Part shown: positions 12,872 through 26,969 of the stretch, piece by piece
Layout of the letters: every line of letters starts with the position of its first letter
Position numbering within the stretch: position 1 is the stretch's first letter
From: the human T2T-CHM13v2.0 reference genome, Homo sapiens
Strand: one strand, 5' to 3'
Length of the DNA: 64,000 nucleotides
NCBI RefSeq assembly: GCF_009914755.1
Contig: NC_060927.1
Program-made: the position numbers and the translations under genes
Notes under the pieces: model-generated
What the model was told of the DNA's origin: nothing
The model's input: only the letters and a program-made list of their open reading frames with translations
Databases searched by the model: none

Positions 12872-15800
12872 TTAGTACCTGGTTAATTATTTACACAAGT
12901 ATTTAACTTGGTCATGTATTTTTTCATGTCCTTTATGGAAGTGAAAACTGAATCATATTAATCTATTTTTGTGGTCATTATTTTTACTTTCATGCTTATC
13001 ATACAGGAAGGAATTTTTTTAAAGATAAGAAAACAAAGAGTAAGGGAATAATTTTGCTGTTTATGTGAGTTCTAGCTTTCACTAAAATAGGATTAGTTTT
13101 ACTTATATACTCCTAACAAATTTAATTGGAATACATTAAAAATGGCAGGAGATTAACTTTTCTATTATGATCAAATTGACAACCGTCATATTTCTAGAAG
13201 AAACGCTGAAACTCTGAAGGCTCTTGATTATATTTTGATGCTCCTTGACCATGCTGCAAATTTGTACAGAATTATTTTACTTTTAAAGTCAATCAATGCA
13301 AACAGGAGAAAGTTGACACGAGTTCCATCTACAACCTTGTGGTTTGGAACTGGGGACAGAGATAATAGAGGCTGGTGGGAAGGAACTTGATTGCCCTCAA
13401 GAAAAGATTTACTGTTGATTCAGGTTATAGAAAATCAAAAAGTGAAAACACAAACAAAAACGAAACCCAATTTGTGAAGTGAGAAACATGTTTATCTAGG
13501 CTCTAATATGTAATAATAGGTTAATCCTTTAAAATATAATACTAATTATTCCTGAGCACTAGCATTTTACTGACCTGACCTAATCAGACAGAAAATAGGA
13601 AAGGGGAAAGAAATAAATTGAAAGGAGTTGGGGCAAAAGGAGAAAAGCAAGGGGACAGAAGGAGAGTAGGATGGTGAAGAGAGAGAAGTGAAATGACATT
13701 AACTCTAACAACCCTCACTTTTGCTGTCTATTCCCTTTGGAGTCAGCAGGAAGTCATGACAACTGTATCAAGTACATGTTATTATCCCATTATATCTTTT
13801 TAACACTTTGGTTTCTTAGTTTATCCTTTAGAAAGGCTAGAAAGGAGAATGTCAGTGAGTGATAGTGGACATATTTGAAAAGTAGCTATGCAGCCCTTGG
13901 GCTCTTTCATCCTGAAATTAGCTCAAGCTTCCTCTCGTGAAGCCAGGCAAGTCTCAGTGGCCTGTTCTAAGATGACCGTACAGCCTAATTTTCTTAGGCC
14001 TGTTTACATCTGTTTGCCGGTGTACTCATTATTAGTACCGCTTTCGCTTTCAAAACTGTCCCGGTTTGGACAGATAGAAGATGTGAGCGCCCCATAATGA
14101 GCCATGCTGGCTTGACACTGACTTGCAGCCTCCTCTTAAGTCTTGTTACCTTATCTATAACAACATTCATATTGTTAGTGAGTGTTGGTCTCTTTCATTA
14201 GATTGTTAGTTCCTTGAAAATGAAGACTGTTTTGATTATATACAGACAATTGCCAGTATCTTGAGTTATATACAGACATATTACACGCTCAATAGAAATG
14301 TACTGAATAAATGAATGCAGCGTGTAAAAATTGCATATGTATGTGAACAAAGAGAAAGAAAAGTGAGACTCATAATCACATTAAGTTTTAAATGTTTTAG
14401 ATTATTTAAACATTTTTAAATGCTTTTATAATAAAATATTTCTTTTCTAAAATTGGAAGACTGTATAGAGCATTTTAAAAATATTTTTAAATGTTTCAAC
14501 TTTTAGTTACTTCTTAAATGGTGAACCATCAGTAATTCTGAAAACAGAATATAGACAGTGCCTGCCATTTAGTGTATACTCAATAAATGTTGAAAGAATA
14601 ATCAAAGATTTATCATGAGTTTGAAGAGAGATGAGGAGCTGTAAAAAATAAAGACCTATGAGAACCATTTGGATCATTATTTCACGGAAGTGAAAAAGGA
14701 ACCAATTAGGTCAATGGTGGTCAGGTTGCACAGCTGAGTTCTTTTGGGCCCTGTTGCTGCTGACTAGGTAGACACCCAGGATACTGACAGCTTCGCAGGT
14801 AGCTGGGGCCAAAGATATCTGAGTCATCTGTCCCTAAATAAATCCCCCATCTTCACCAAGGCAAAGGGGTGCAACTATTGCTCCCAAGTTCCAGATATAG
14901 CCCTCAGGCTGCCCCTCTGGTGTGTTGTCTCTCTGTTCATCTTTATCTTATTGGGGGTGGGCTGGATAAAAATGCTGGGGTGTTGGGGAAGGGGTCCCAC
15001 ACATGGTGACTTGTTCTCCCAATGGAATACTTTTATGGGAATTATCAAATTGTTCCTCATCTGGAAAAGGTTAAGAATCACAGGTATTTAAAAATGTTAG
15101 CTAAGACACAAAAACTGTGAGAGGAGAGGGAGAAAACTTGTATCAACCAGGGGCCAGGCTCTGTGATAATGTTTTTTTCACATTTATTTTATATAATTAT
15201 GACAACTATTTAATATTTAGTGAGTGCCAGAGGCCAGATTTGAACTCACATCCAATGATCTACCAATGTGAAAGTAAAAAAAACCTTTGGTGATGTGGGT
15301 GAAAGTGTTGGTTCAGTTTGATGGAAATGGCTCTGGGAAAATCTTTGTAGATTAGGATATATCATTCTTTGCAGCTTCAAAGAATCTCAACTAGGATAAA
15401 GAGTGACTATTGTTCAGGAACAGAGCGTATTTCTCATTACTGGGTATAGAAATACATGAGGTCTTGAATTTTTACTTGCAAAAAATAAAAAAAGGAAAGT
15501 TAAAAATTAATCCTGGCCTTAGTGGAGGTTACATGAGTGTTTTCAATTTTTGGTAACTCTTTGAGCTGTATATTGATGATTTTTGCATTTTTCTATATAT
15601 GTGTTATACTTCAATTTTCCAAACATTTATTTTTAAAAAGACCAAAAAAGTTATTGTAGGGAAAGTAGGGGATGTTCCAAGTCTCTGTAAGCTAAGCAAT
15701 TTATACAACCACATCCTGATTCTTCCTTCTTATCTGTGAAAAATAAAGATAATGGAATAAGTTGCACCTTCTTCCAAGAGATAAGTGTCTGTATTTTTGC

Positions 15801-16544
15801 TTGGTCCATACATGGTTGAGCTTAGGACTTTTTGCCTCACACCTCCATGGTAAGAAATTAAAGAAAATGTTTCTTTCATTCCCATATTTTAAAACAAATT
15901 TCCTGTGACACCACAGTTAGCCTGCCAGTAACTCTCTCACAAGTCTACCTTTATTTGCGTAATCTTAGAATGATTTACAGAAAACAAATACCTTGCCTTC
16001 CCTCAAGTTTGGCTGGGACACATGAATCCATAAATGTTTTGGGACAGTAAGAAAGGATATTGAAACATTTGTAGATTCTTTCATGACAATTAGCATTGAC
16101 AAAGAAATTATCTTATTTCTTTTCACAGAAGAGAATCATATTCTTATGTGGATATAATATTCATGCAGAATTTAAGCCCTCATTTGTTTGGCTATCCCGA
16201 AAACAAGGTATAATTGGTCAGATGGGAGACAATGAAGGCATATATGTATGATCATGCTCATTACAGCAAAAATATATTAAAGGATGTCCCCAATACCAAC
16301 GGTAGACCTCATAAAGCACTCAAATCATTGAGTTTATTATAAAATAAATGTTTAACTTCTTTCAAAAATTTTAATTGTTGAAATATGGAGGTGAGAAAGA
16401 GCTTAAGCAGTAGTGCAGTCAAAGTCCCTAAATTCACCTTTGGAAGTACGGACTTACCCCTAAGTAAGCTGAATTATTTTCTGTATTACTATGGACTACA
16501 GTCTAATTTTATTAGCTTATTTCAATTATATTCTTTTTTTAACA

Positions 16545-17110
16545 TGTTATTTTGAAAAATTTCAAATCTAGAGGAAAGTTAAAAAATAGTAAAATGAACA
16601 TTCAATACCTCTGACCTAGAGCCACCAACTATCGCCATATTTACACACACTTCCTCCCTCCCATATACATACATATCTTTGTGTGCATGTGTTTGCTGAG
16701 CCAGTTGAAATTAACTTGCTGATATCACCCCTAAGTACTTTAGCCTGTATCTCCTTGAAACAAAATCATCTTCCTACATAACAATTGAATTATTGCCTTC
16801 AAGAAATTTATCATTGATAAATAATACCATCTAATATACAGTTCATAATCAAGTTTCCCCAATTTGAATTTTCATAATTGTTATAGTAATTTCCTTAATC
16901 ACTATTATTGACACAGGATCCAATAAAAGTTTACACAATGCATTTAGTAGTCATGTATCTTTTATTTAGAACATTCTTCCCCCGATCCTTTTTTTCCTTT
17001 CTGTCTTTCATGACATGGACCTACCTTGTAGAGTCCAAGTCTGTTGTCTTGCAGCATGGCCTATAATCTAGATTTATCTTATGGTTTTATCATGATAGTT
17101 CAAAATGTTT
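16545..17110 (-). mobile_element. L1MC-type 3' UTR fragment
   Basis: ttattttgaaaaatttcaaa...aaagttaaaaaatagtaaaatgaac resembles L1MC4/5 3' ends. A related copy lies at 26970. Confidence 0.6.
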
Positions 17111-17169
17111 ATGGAAGAAACCCCTACTTATCCATATACAGTTGGTTTTCCACATACATCCCCATATTT

Positions 17170-17520
17170 TCCCATTTCTAAGACTTTGCTCTCACAGACT
17201 GTTTCTTTCATGTATGCCCTCACGTGTCTCTACAAGGCCTGGTTCAATACTTAACCTTCTCCAGGAAGATTTCTCTGACGCCTTTCATTCTGAAAGAGTC
17301 TGTGAATACCTAGAATACATTAGCCTTTCTTTTCTTGTAGCATGTATAATTTTTTGACTTTGTATGTATTTTTATTTGGTCACATATCTTTTACCTTCTC
17401 CCCAGTGAAAGTCAACTAAAGGCAAGCCTAGTTTATCTTTGTGATCTCTCTGGCATCTAGCACAGACTAGGCCATCAATATGTTTATTTCCTGAATGGTT
17501 AGATGAATAAATCAATGAAC
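17170..17520 (+). mobile_element. L2 3' end
   Basis: Ends with tctagcacagactagg...caatatgtttatttcctgaatgg..gaataaatcaatgaa. Confidence 0.6.
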
Positions 17521-18471
17521 AAATCAAAACAGTATCTTTAGCCTCTGAGATATAGTGAGTTGGTTAAGAACTTAATTCTTTATAAAAGGTTACAGAATTT
17601 CTTCATACGTGTGCTTTCTGCATCTAAAATAGTCTACTTATTTTGTGTAAAAACTCTAAATAAATTTTTAGTTTTAATAAGAAAACATGTATATCACATG
17701 GTATAGCTCTTTTAAAAATCATGTTGGTAAGCGTTGAGGGAAGTCTTTCAATCTGGCAAGTTCATTCTTTAGCTTTGGGAAGTGGTCCCATATTATTTCT
17801 TGATAATTTCCTCTTGTGCATATTTTTTTTCTCTCTGGAATAAGTCCTATAAATCAGACTTCTGAGTTAAGATTTCTGAGTTCATCCTCTATATGTCTTA
17901 TCTTTTCTTCTGTATTTTCTATCTTCGACTTTCTGAAAGACTCCTTCAATATTGTCTTCCAGCCTACAGGTATTACTGATCTTTAAAATTTTTTGAAATT
18001 TGTGTTTTTAATTTTTAGGAGTTTTGTTTTTATTCTCTGAGTGGTCTGTTTAATACCATCCATTTCTTGTCTTATGGATGTAATATCTTCTCAAGTCTGT
18101 ATAAAAATAGTAATTAGAATTTAATGAAAATGTTCTTCTGTTCCCTTCATTAGCTCTGTTTAAGCTTTCTTAAAAGTTCTTATTTTTATCTTGGTCTCTC
18201 TCTTATTCATATTGAAGGCATGCTATCCATTAAGTATAGAAACTTCTGTGCACTGCAAAGCTGATTGGGAATTCTATGTATGTGAGCAAGTTTGCCAACT
18301 GCCAGGTTGGCTATAGGTTAATTACATGTTGACTTTGGCATTATGGTCAGAAACTCCCAACTGTCAAAACATGGAGATCTTTTTTCTGAGATCATTCAAT
18401 TTCTTTAATAAAAAACTCTTCAGTATTTTGCCTGGGAATAAACATCTAGTTGCTGAAGACACCCAGCAGAG

Positions 18472-18473
<2 letters not shown>

Positions 18474-18502
<29 letters not shown>
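18474..18502. repeat. (TG)n microsatellite
   Basis: Directly visible. Confidence 0.95.
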
Positions 18503-18504
<2 letters not shown>

Positions 18505-18709
18505 CTGTTTATTTTGGCTTCTTGTTACCTTCTGCTGTTTTTAGTCCTTTATTTCACCCCTTCTGTCTGCCATACCTGTCACCTCTTGTCTATCTCCTCT
18601 GCATCAGCACTCCAAGCCTTGGCTTTATCCTGCTATATCAGTTATCACTCATTTTTCCATCTAGTTTCCATTTTCCAGAATTTTGTTAAAATTTCTGACC
18701 CTTTGATGA

Positions 18710-19044
<335 letters not shown>

Positions 19045-19619
19045 TATATGTTCTTTTAATGCCTTTACCATTATTCTGTGGAGTCTTGGGAAGGAGAGGA
19101 AATAAATGCATGTTTTTATTTGCCATCTTTAATTGGACTGCTTAATGTAAAACTGTTCGTGTTATAAATTCCCCCTCATATATTTGGTTTTGTGACTGCA
19201 GTAGTGTAAATTCTCTGCCTAGAATTTTAAAGAAAGTGATTCTGTATGTGATTAGGGAGTAAGGTTCAGATAACCTTGAGTGGTTTAAAGTTTCCTACTG
19301 AGTAATCTGAACAAGGCGGATTTAAGATACTGCAGACAGAGTGTGAGAATAACTCTCTCTTCACAACTTAAGAAGCCTGGTTCCTTATTTACAACTGGGA
19401 TAAGATAAATGGTTGAATACCTAGAGAAGTTCCACAAAAAGTTACACAAAAAGTTTAGTTAAATTTAAGTTAAAAGTTAGTTAAAATGAAAAGTTAAGTT
19501 TTTATTCTGCTACTAAACCATGCTCCTCTGCGTGTCTGAACCTTCAGGTTCCTCTAGATTTCTAGCACCTGAAAGAAAACAAAACTGCAGCATCAGCCAG
19601 GTAGGCCTCTCCTAATCTT

Positions 19620-19760
19620 ACTCATTCACAGAGAATTTCCCCTTTGAGTCACCATGGCATTGGCTGGTTACTCATACCACAGATCCCTCAGGATTGGCTG
19701 GGACTGCAAATAAAATACTGTTTGCCCATAATCAAGTTGATAAGCTACAACATAAACACA
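19620..19760 (+). promoter_or_regulatory. ARL14: Putative ARL14 proximal promoter
   Basis: Unique sequence 170-300 bp upstream of the ATG. Motifs: AP-1 TGAGTCA 19645-19651; inverted CCAAT at 19659-19663 and 19693-19697; HNF1-like ggttactcatacc 19666-19678; AT-rich gcaaataaaa 19706-19715; FOXA-like TGTTTGC 19719-19725; GATA TGATAA 19738-19743. The TSS cannot be read from sequence. Confidence 0.6.
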
Positions 19761-19787
19761 TCTAGGTTCTTGTTCTTAGAATACAGC

Positions 19788-19901
19788 ATGAAGAATTTGC
19801 TTTCTTCTTTCTTCCTAACATTTTCATGTGAGATCCAGAAAGGACACATTGTCTCTGGCCATTCGAAGAAAGAAAGAAAGAAAAAAAAAAAAGGTATTTA
19901 G
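19788..19901 (+). other. 37-codon upstream ORF in frame with ARL14
   Basis: ATG 19788 (A at -3) encodes MKNLLSSFFLTFSCEIQKGHIVSGHSKKERKKKKKGI, then TAG 19899-19901. A second ATG-TGA start-stop lies at 19826-19831. Relevant only if the TSS is upstream. Confidence 0.5.
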
Positions 19902-19925
19902 AGACAGAGAGAGAAAAAGGCTGAA

Positions 19926-20504
19926 ATGGGTTCGCTGGGTTCTAAAAATCCGCAAACCAAACAAGCCCAAGTTCTTCTTTTGGGACTTGACTCAGCTGGG
20001 AAGTCTACTCTCCTTTATAAATTAAAGCTTGCTAAGGATATTACCACCATCCCTACAATAGGTTTCAATGTGGAAATGATCGAGTTGGAAAGGAATCTTT
20101 CACTCACAGTCTGGGATGTTGGAGGACAGGAAAAAATGAGAACTGTTTGGGGCTGTTACTGTGAGAACACCGATGGGCTGGTGTATGTTGTGGACAGTAC
20201 AGACAAACAGCGACTGGAAGAGTCTCAGAGACAGTTTGAGCACATTTTGAAGAATGAACACATTAAAAATGTGCCTGTTGTTCTATTAGCCAACAAACAA
20301 GACATGCCTGGAGCTCTGACTGCTGAGGACATCACCAGAATGTTCAAAGTGAAGAAGCTTTGCAGTGACCGGAACTGGTATGTGCAACCCTGCTGTGCCC
20401 TCACAGGGGAGGGGCTGGCCCAGGGGTTCAGGAAATTAACTGGATTTGTGAAGAGCCACATGAAATCAAGAGGAGACACTTTGGCGTTCTTCAAGCAGAA
20501 CTGA
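19926..20504 (+). CDS. ARL14: ADP-ribosylation factor-like protein 14 (ARF-family small GTPase), single coding exon
   Basis: Intact 192-aa ORF. N-terminal MG myristoylation site, P-loop GLDSAGKST, switch [19 protein letters not shown] and CCA (G5). Strong Kozak context gaaATGg. Sequence recognised as ARL14. Confidence 0.97.
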   Translation: MGSLGSKNPQTKQAQVLLLGLDSAGKSTLLYKLKLAKDITTIPTIGFNVEMIELERNLSLTVWDVGGQEKMRTVWGCYCENTDGLVYVVDSTDKQRLEESQRQFEHILKNEHIKNVPVVLLANKQDMPGALTAEDITRMFKVKKLCSDRNWYVQPCCALTGEGLAQGFRKLTGFVKSHMKSRGDTLAFFKQN

Positions 20505-20991
20505 GGCTGCGAAAAATCCAAGTCTCTACAGAGACACTGATGAAGTTGAAAGGGTAATTGTTTTTCCATGCCAAATGAGGAAATCAAATTAATGAGTTGA
20601 CAAACTTTTCCTGAGATGTTATTTCATCTACATTTAGTTAAACAACTTAGAATGATATCTAGAAAATATTTATTTTCAGCCAGGAACTTTAGCAAACTGT
20701 GGCAATGATCACTGGGAATGAAAACGTATAATGTTCTACAATTTTTGTTATCACATTGGATGACTTTGAATATAGTAGTGACACTTGGGACCAAATAAAT
20801 TATTTTATATGACTACTAGAACAAAGTTTTAGTAAGCTGTCTGCTAATAGAGTCAGAATTCTTCCAGATTGTTTCCAGCTGTAACAGGTATTGAATTTCC
20901 ACCGTGCTCCTATGTAACAGCTGGGTGGTGTAAAAAATGAACTTCAAATTATGGAGTGGAAAAAGCGTAATGTTAATATCTTGTAAATTCG

Positions 20992-21034
20992 TATTCCCTA
21001 TTAAATAAAGCTTTCTTATTCCCTAAATAAAGCT
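20992..21034 (+). terminator. ARL14: Tandem polyadenylation signals of ARL14
   Basis: AATAAA at 21004-21009 and 21026-21031 inside a duplicated tattcccta..aataaagct unit. Several upstream TGTA motifs. A proximal AATAAA lies at 20794-20799. Confidence 0.75.
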
Positions 21035-21924
21035 GTTCTTCTGGATTCCTGCCAGCTTTTTGAAATCTATTGCTGGGAACTTCCTCCAATGAATCTTAAA
21101 CAATGAACTTCAGGCTGCTAATTGCTCAGAGCCTGTGTTCTGCCATAGGGAGCAGAAGTGTATAAACTTAAAGGTCTGGTGATCGGGGTAGCACCTTGGA
21201 GTTTAGGGCAAGATCTGGGCTCAGGGCTTAGCTCTAGGCTACAGCCCCGAGTCTTGCTTCCTTGGAATTCAGCTTAACAGCCATTGCTTGGAAACATATG
21301 TGCAGCTCATTGTACTGATCAAACAGGAACCAGACCTAGACTTTGCTCTCAGAGACCTACAATTCACAGCAGGAAACAACATAAAGCTAGTAGCTAGAGT
21401 AGGGCAATAAGTGCTAAGTGCGATTGCAGGAGATACTCTTTTTAACCAGGGAAACAAGAAATGTTTCATGCAGGAGATGGTATTTTAGAGGGTCCCTCAC
21501 TCCCAGTGACCCTACAAAGGTACAGGTTAGTCACTGGAAGTTACCATCACTAGGAAACTTTCCAGAGGCATTGGACAGGAGGGCAGGTGAGTGGGCAAAG
21601 AAGCTGGAGATTGGGATGGAATTCCCCTGAGAAGCTCAGAACTCCCAGGGAAGCCCTGGTACAAACAGACAACACTTTCCTCCTACCCCACTTCCAACAA
21701 GGCTCATTTGGGGCTGGAAGCAGAGCTCAAGCGTCCATAGCAGCCCCTAGGACTCCAAATCTTAAGGTCACAGAGGAAAAAAAGGGGTATAATAAACCAA
21801 GGGTGCCAGCCCTTGGATTCCTCTCATGATTTTCTTCTCTCATCTTAGCTATTTGTTCAGCAAAGATCTGAGCACTGCCTTCTGTGCTACATGGTAGAGA
21901 TTCAAATAATAAACTAGACATACA

Positions 21925-22190
21925 AGTAATAATAGTTACTGTGGGATGAATACTTGTGGGTGCCAGGCACTGTGTGCTAAACACTTTCATACATCTTCCC
22001 ATTTAATGTTCACAACTGCCCGAAGAGAAATAGGCATTATCTAAATTTTAAAGATGAGTGTACTGAGTCTAAACAAGATTACACAACAACCACCACAAAA
22101 AAACTACTTGGTATTTAACTGGGGAGTAGCAGCAGAGCCAAGATTCAAATTCAGGTGTGTCTGACTCCAGGGTCTGTGCTGTTAGGTGTC
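21925..22190 (-). mobile_element. MIR
   Basis: MIR core (tgccaggcactgtgtgctaaacactttc ... agattcaaattcaggtgtgtctgactcca). Confidence 0.8.
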
Positions 22191-22747
22191 CTGACATTGT
22201 TTTACAAATAAGGTATAGTCTCTGTCTTCAGTGAACTTACCACATGCAATTAAGAATAAATCAGGTCAACATATATTACTTTTATAATAAAAAGGTTCTT
22301 AGAAAAATTAAACTAGGCAGAATAAATTAACTTCAATAACAGATATAAAAAACATGGAAGACTGGCAAAAAGTTTCTGATTTCAGGAAGATCTCAGGGGG
22401 TTGTCAATGTTAAACGTTTCATAGTAGAGCTTTTCCTGTTTCAGAACATAATTAAAATCTCAAGTACATATCTTCCCTTACAATTTCTCTGTGTGTGTTT
22501 TTATGGAATCTTCTTAGTAATCTTAAATTGGAAGTCACTAACTTACTTCAAAAAAAAAAATGCCCTCTGGTGCTCGTGTATCTTGGTAATCTGAATTAAG
22601 TCAAGCCCCTTATGGCCCAGTCTTGGCATGATGTTAAAAGTTGAAGAAAACAGCCTGTTAAAATACTGAAAGGAACTCAAATCTTCACTTCAGAAAGCCC
22701 CTGGGTGTATGTGTTGGGTGTGGTGGGCAAATACATTCTTCATGTAG

Positions 22748-23168
<421 letters not shown>

Positions 23169-23236
23169 TAATTTTATCAGTCTTTATTTGGCAATTCCCT
23201 CCTGCTCTCTGCAGTATGATCTTGTCTGTCCTCCAA

Positions 23237-23296
23237 CATGCACGCGCACGCACACACACACACACACACACACGCATGCACATGTGCACACACACA
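23237..23296. repeat. (CA)n/(CG) alternating purine-pyrimidine tract
   Basis: catgcacgcgcacgcacacaca...gcatgcacatgtgcacacacaca. Confidence 0.92.
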
Positions 23297-23479
23297 GCCG
23301 TGCACTCTTCACCCTGGTCTACTAATAAAGCCTGAGGGACGGGAAAAAACTAGGTGGACAATAGCAAAATATTTCTTGGCAGATGAGAGGAAAGAGGCTT
23401 GATATTTATTATTTTAATACATTTTATATTATTTTTATTTTGTGCATTCCTTCCAGGTGTTTATCTTTATATTTTTATT

Positions 23480-23700
23480 TTATTTTGTGTATTCGTTAAA
23501 ATGAATTTTATTGTGTATATTTAAGGTTTATGTTATGATGTTTTGGGACACATATAGATGCTAAAATGATTACTATAGTAAAGCAAATTAACATATCTAT
23601 CATCTCACATTGTGACTTTCTTGTGCGTGACAAGAGTAACTAAAATCTAATTACTAATTAACAAAAATCCCAAATCCCATGCGATTTTACTCTGTCATTT
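23480..23700 (-). mobile_element. L1MA 3' end fragment
   Basis: ttttattgtgtatatttaagg ... aagcaaattaacatatctatcatctcaca. Confidence 0.7.
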
Positions 23701-23973
23701 ATCTGTAACAAGGTAAAACTTTTAACTTATCAAAATAGCATGCTGCCATGGATTTAATAGTAACAAAAGCATAACACTTCTGAAATATTCCTTGGCTAAA
23801 GATTTACAGAATAAATCTTAAATCTTTAACATTAAGGTAAATATCAGTTAAATTTTCTGAAAAGTGAATATCAGATAAATATTTCTATCTGATTTTCTAA
23901 GTATTGTAGATGAAAAAAATCTTGACAGGGCATAAGAATAAATAATGGTGAATAAATAAAACACACATAGTGA

Positions 23974-24362
<389 letters not shown>

Positions 24363-25016
24363 ATGACTGACATACATTAAAGTTAATTTGTCAGTTTAAA
24401 AAGCCGAACATGACTATGTTCTGATAATGAACAAACTGGGTTTTACGAAACTAAGGAAGACCAGGTATGGAAAGAGCCCTGCAGTTCTAGCTCCCGGTAG
24501 GTGGTACTGAGGGACAGTCTTGGAGGCCGACTGAATTCCTGCAGTGTGTTGACTATGTGGAGGAACTAACCTAAAAAGAGCGACCCTCTGCTGTGTTCTG
24601 CTTTGCAAACCTTGAGTTGGCCGGCTCTCGCTTGCATGAGCTCTCTCACAACAGAGATAGAGACAGACACAAAGGGACAGCCAGAAATAGAGAGACCTCC
24701 TTTGGCAGTGCCAATAAATATTTTTACGTAATAATATAACCTAATAATGTCACAGGGATTCCAGTCCACCAGATTTTTAGCGCAGTGTTGAATTACTTTA
24801 AGCATAAGATACCACACTTTACCTTGAAAGTACCACACAAATAGAAAAGATGGTTATTAGATGACTTAACCATATGAGCAGTATTTTCACAAATATTATC
24901 TCATTTTATTCGCTCAAAATCTTATGAGGGAGGCATAACAAATATCAACACTATTTTAAGGATATGAGGAAACTAATTAAGCAGTTACCAAACCTAGTCC
25001 TCTGATTTCCAAGATT

Positions 25017-25378
<362 letters not shown>

Positions 25379-25489
25379 TTAGCTATAATGTGGCACATAT
25401 AGGTTTTACTATTAAATCTCTTTGTTTCTAGAAACTAAATGGGTCTAGGGGTTATGGTGTTTCTTAGGCCAAAAAACTAAAAGATATCT

Positions 25490-26430
<941 letters not shown>

Positions 26431-26969
26431 AAGGAATGCTCTGAACCCTAAAGTGAGGCCTTATCAGGGCCTGCAACTGCCTCTTGGCGACAGAATATGG
26501 ATCCAACAATGAAAAGTAAAAAGCATGGCAGATTGGGACCTAGGACAGTTCCGTTCTAATCTAAGGATACCATAGGAAAGTCCTTCTTCTCAGGAGCAGT
26601 GTGCTGCACTAAAACGAATACAGGCTTTGGAATCATAACTGGGTAGGAATGCTGGTTGTCACCTGCTTTGGCTTTTAGGCAGATTGCCTCTCTGAGTCAG
26701 TTTTCTCAACTAGAACAGTGACTTGAACCAGAAAGAACCTTTTATTGTGTTAAGCCATGGGGATCTGGAAGTTGTTATAGCCCCTGCTGTTAAATGATCC
26801 TAATAAACTAGAATCATGGTCCCTGCTCCTCCTTTGTGTACCTAGACCCTTTTTTCCAATTTTCTCTTCTTTGCAAATCCCCTTACCTGTCTCCTTCTAC
26901 CCATTCTAGCTAGCACCCTCATTTGGCTCATCCCAGAACAGACAGGGAAGAGGGAATTTAATTTTTCCT

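Noticed and set aside
19436-19502. AAGTTA-rich stretch upstream of ARL14
   Set aside because: Irregular low-complexity sequence with no fixed period or clear motif.
20225-20587. 120-aa antisense ORF over ARL14
   Set aside because: Shadow of the sense coding frame. No recognisable domain or independent signals.
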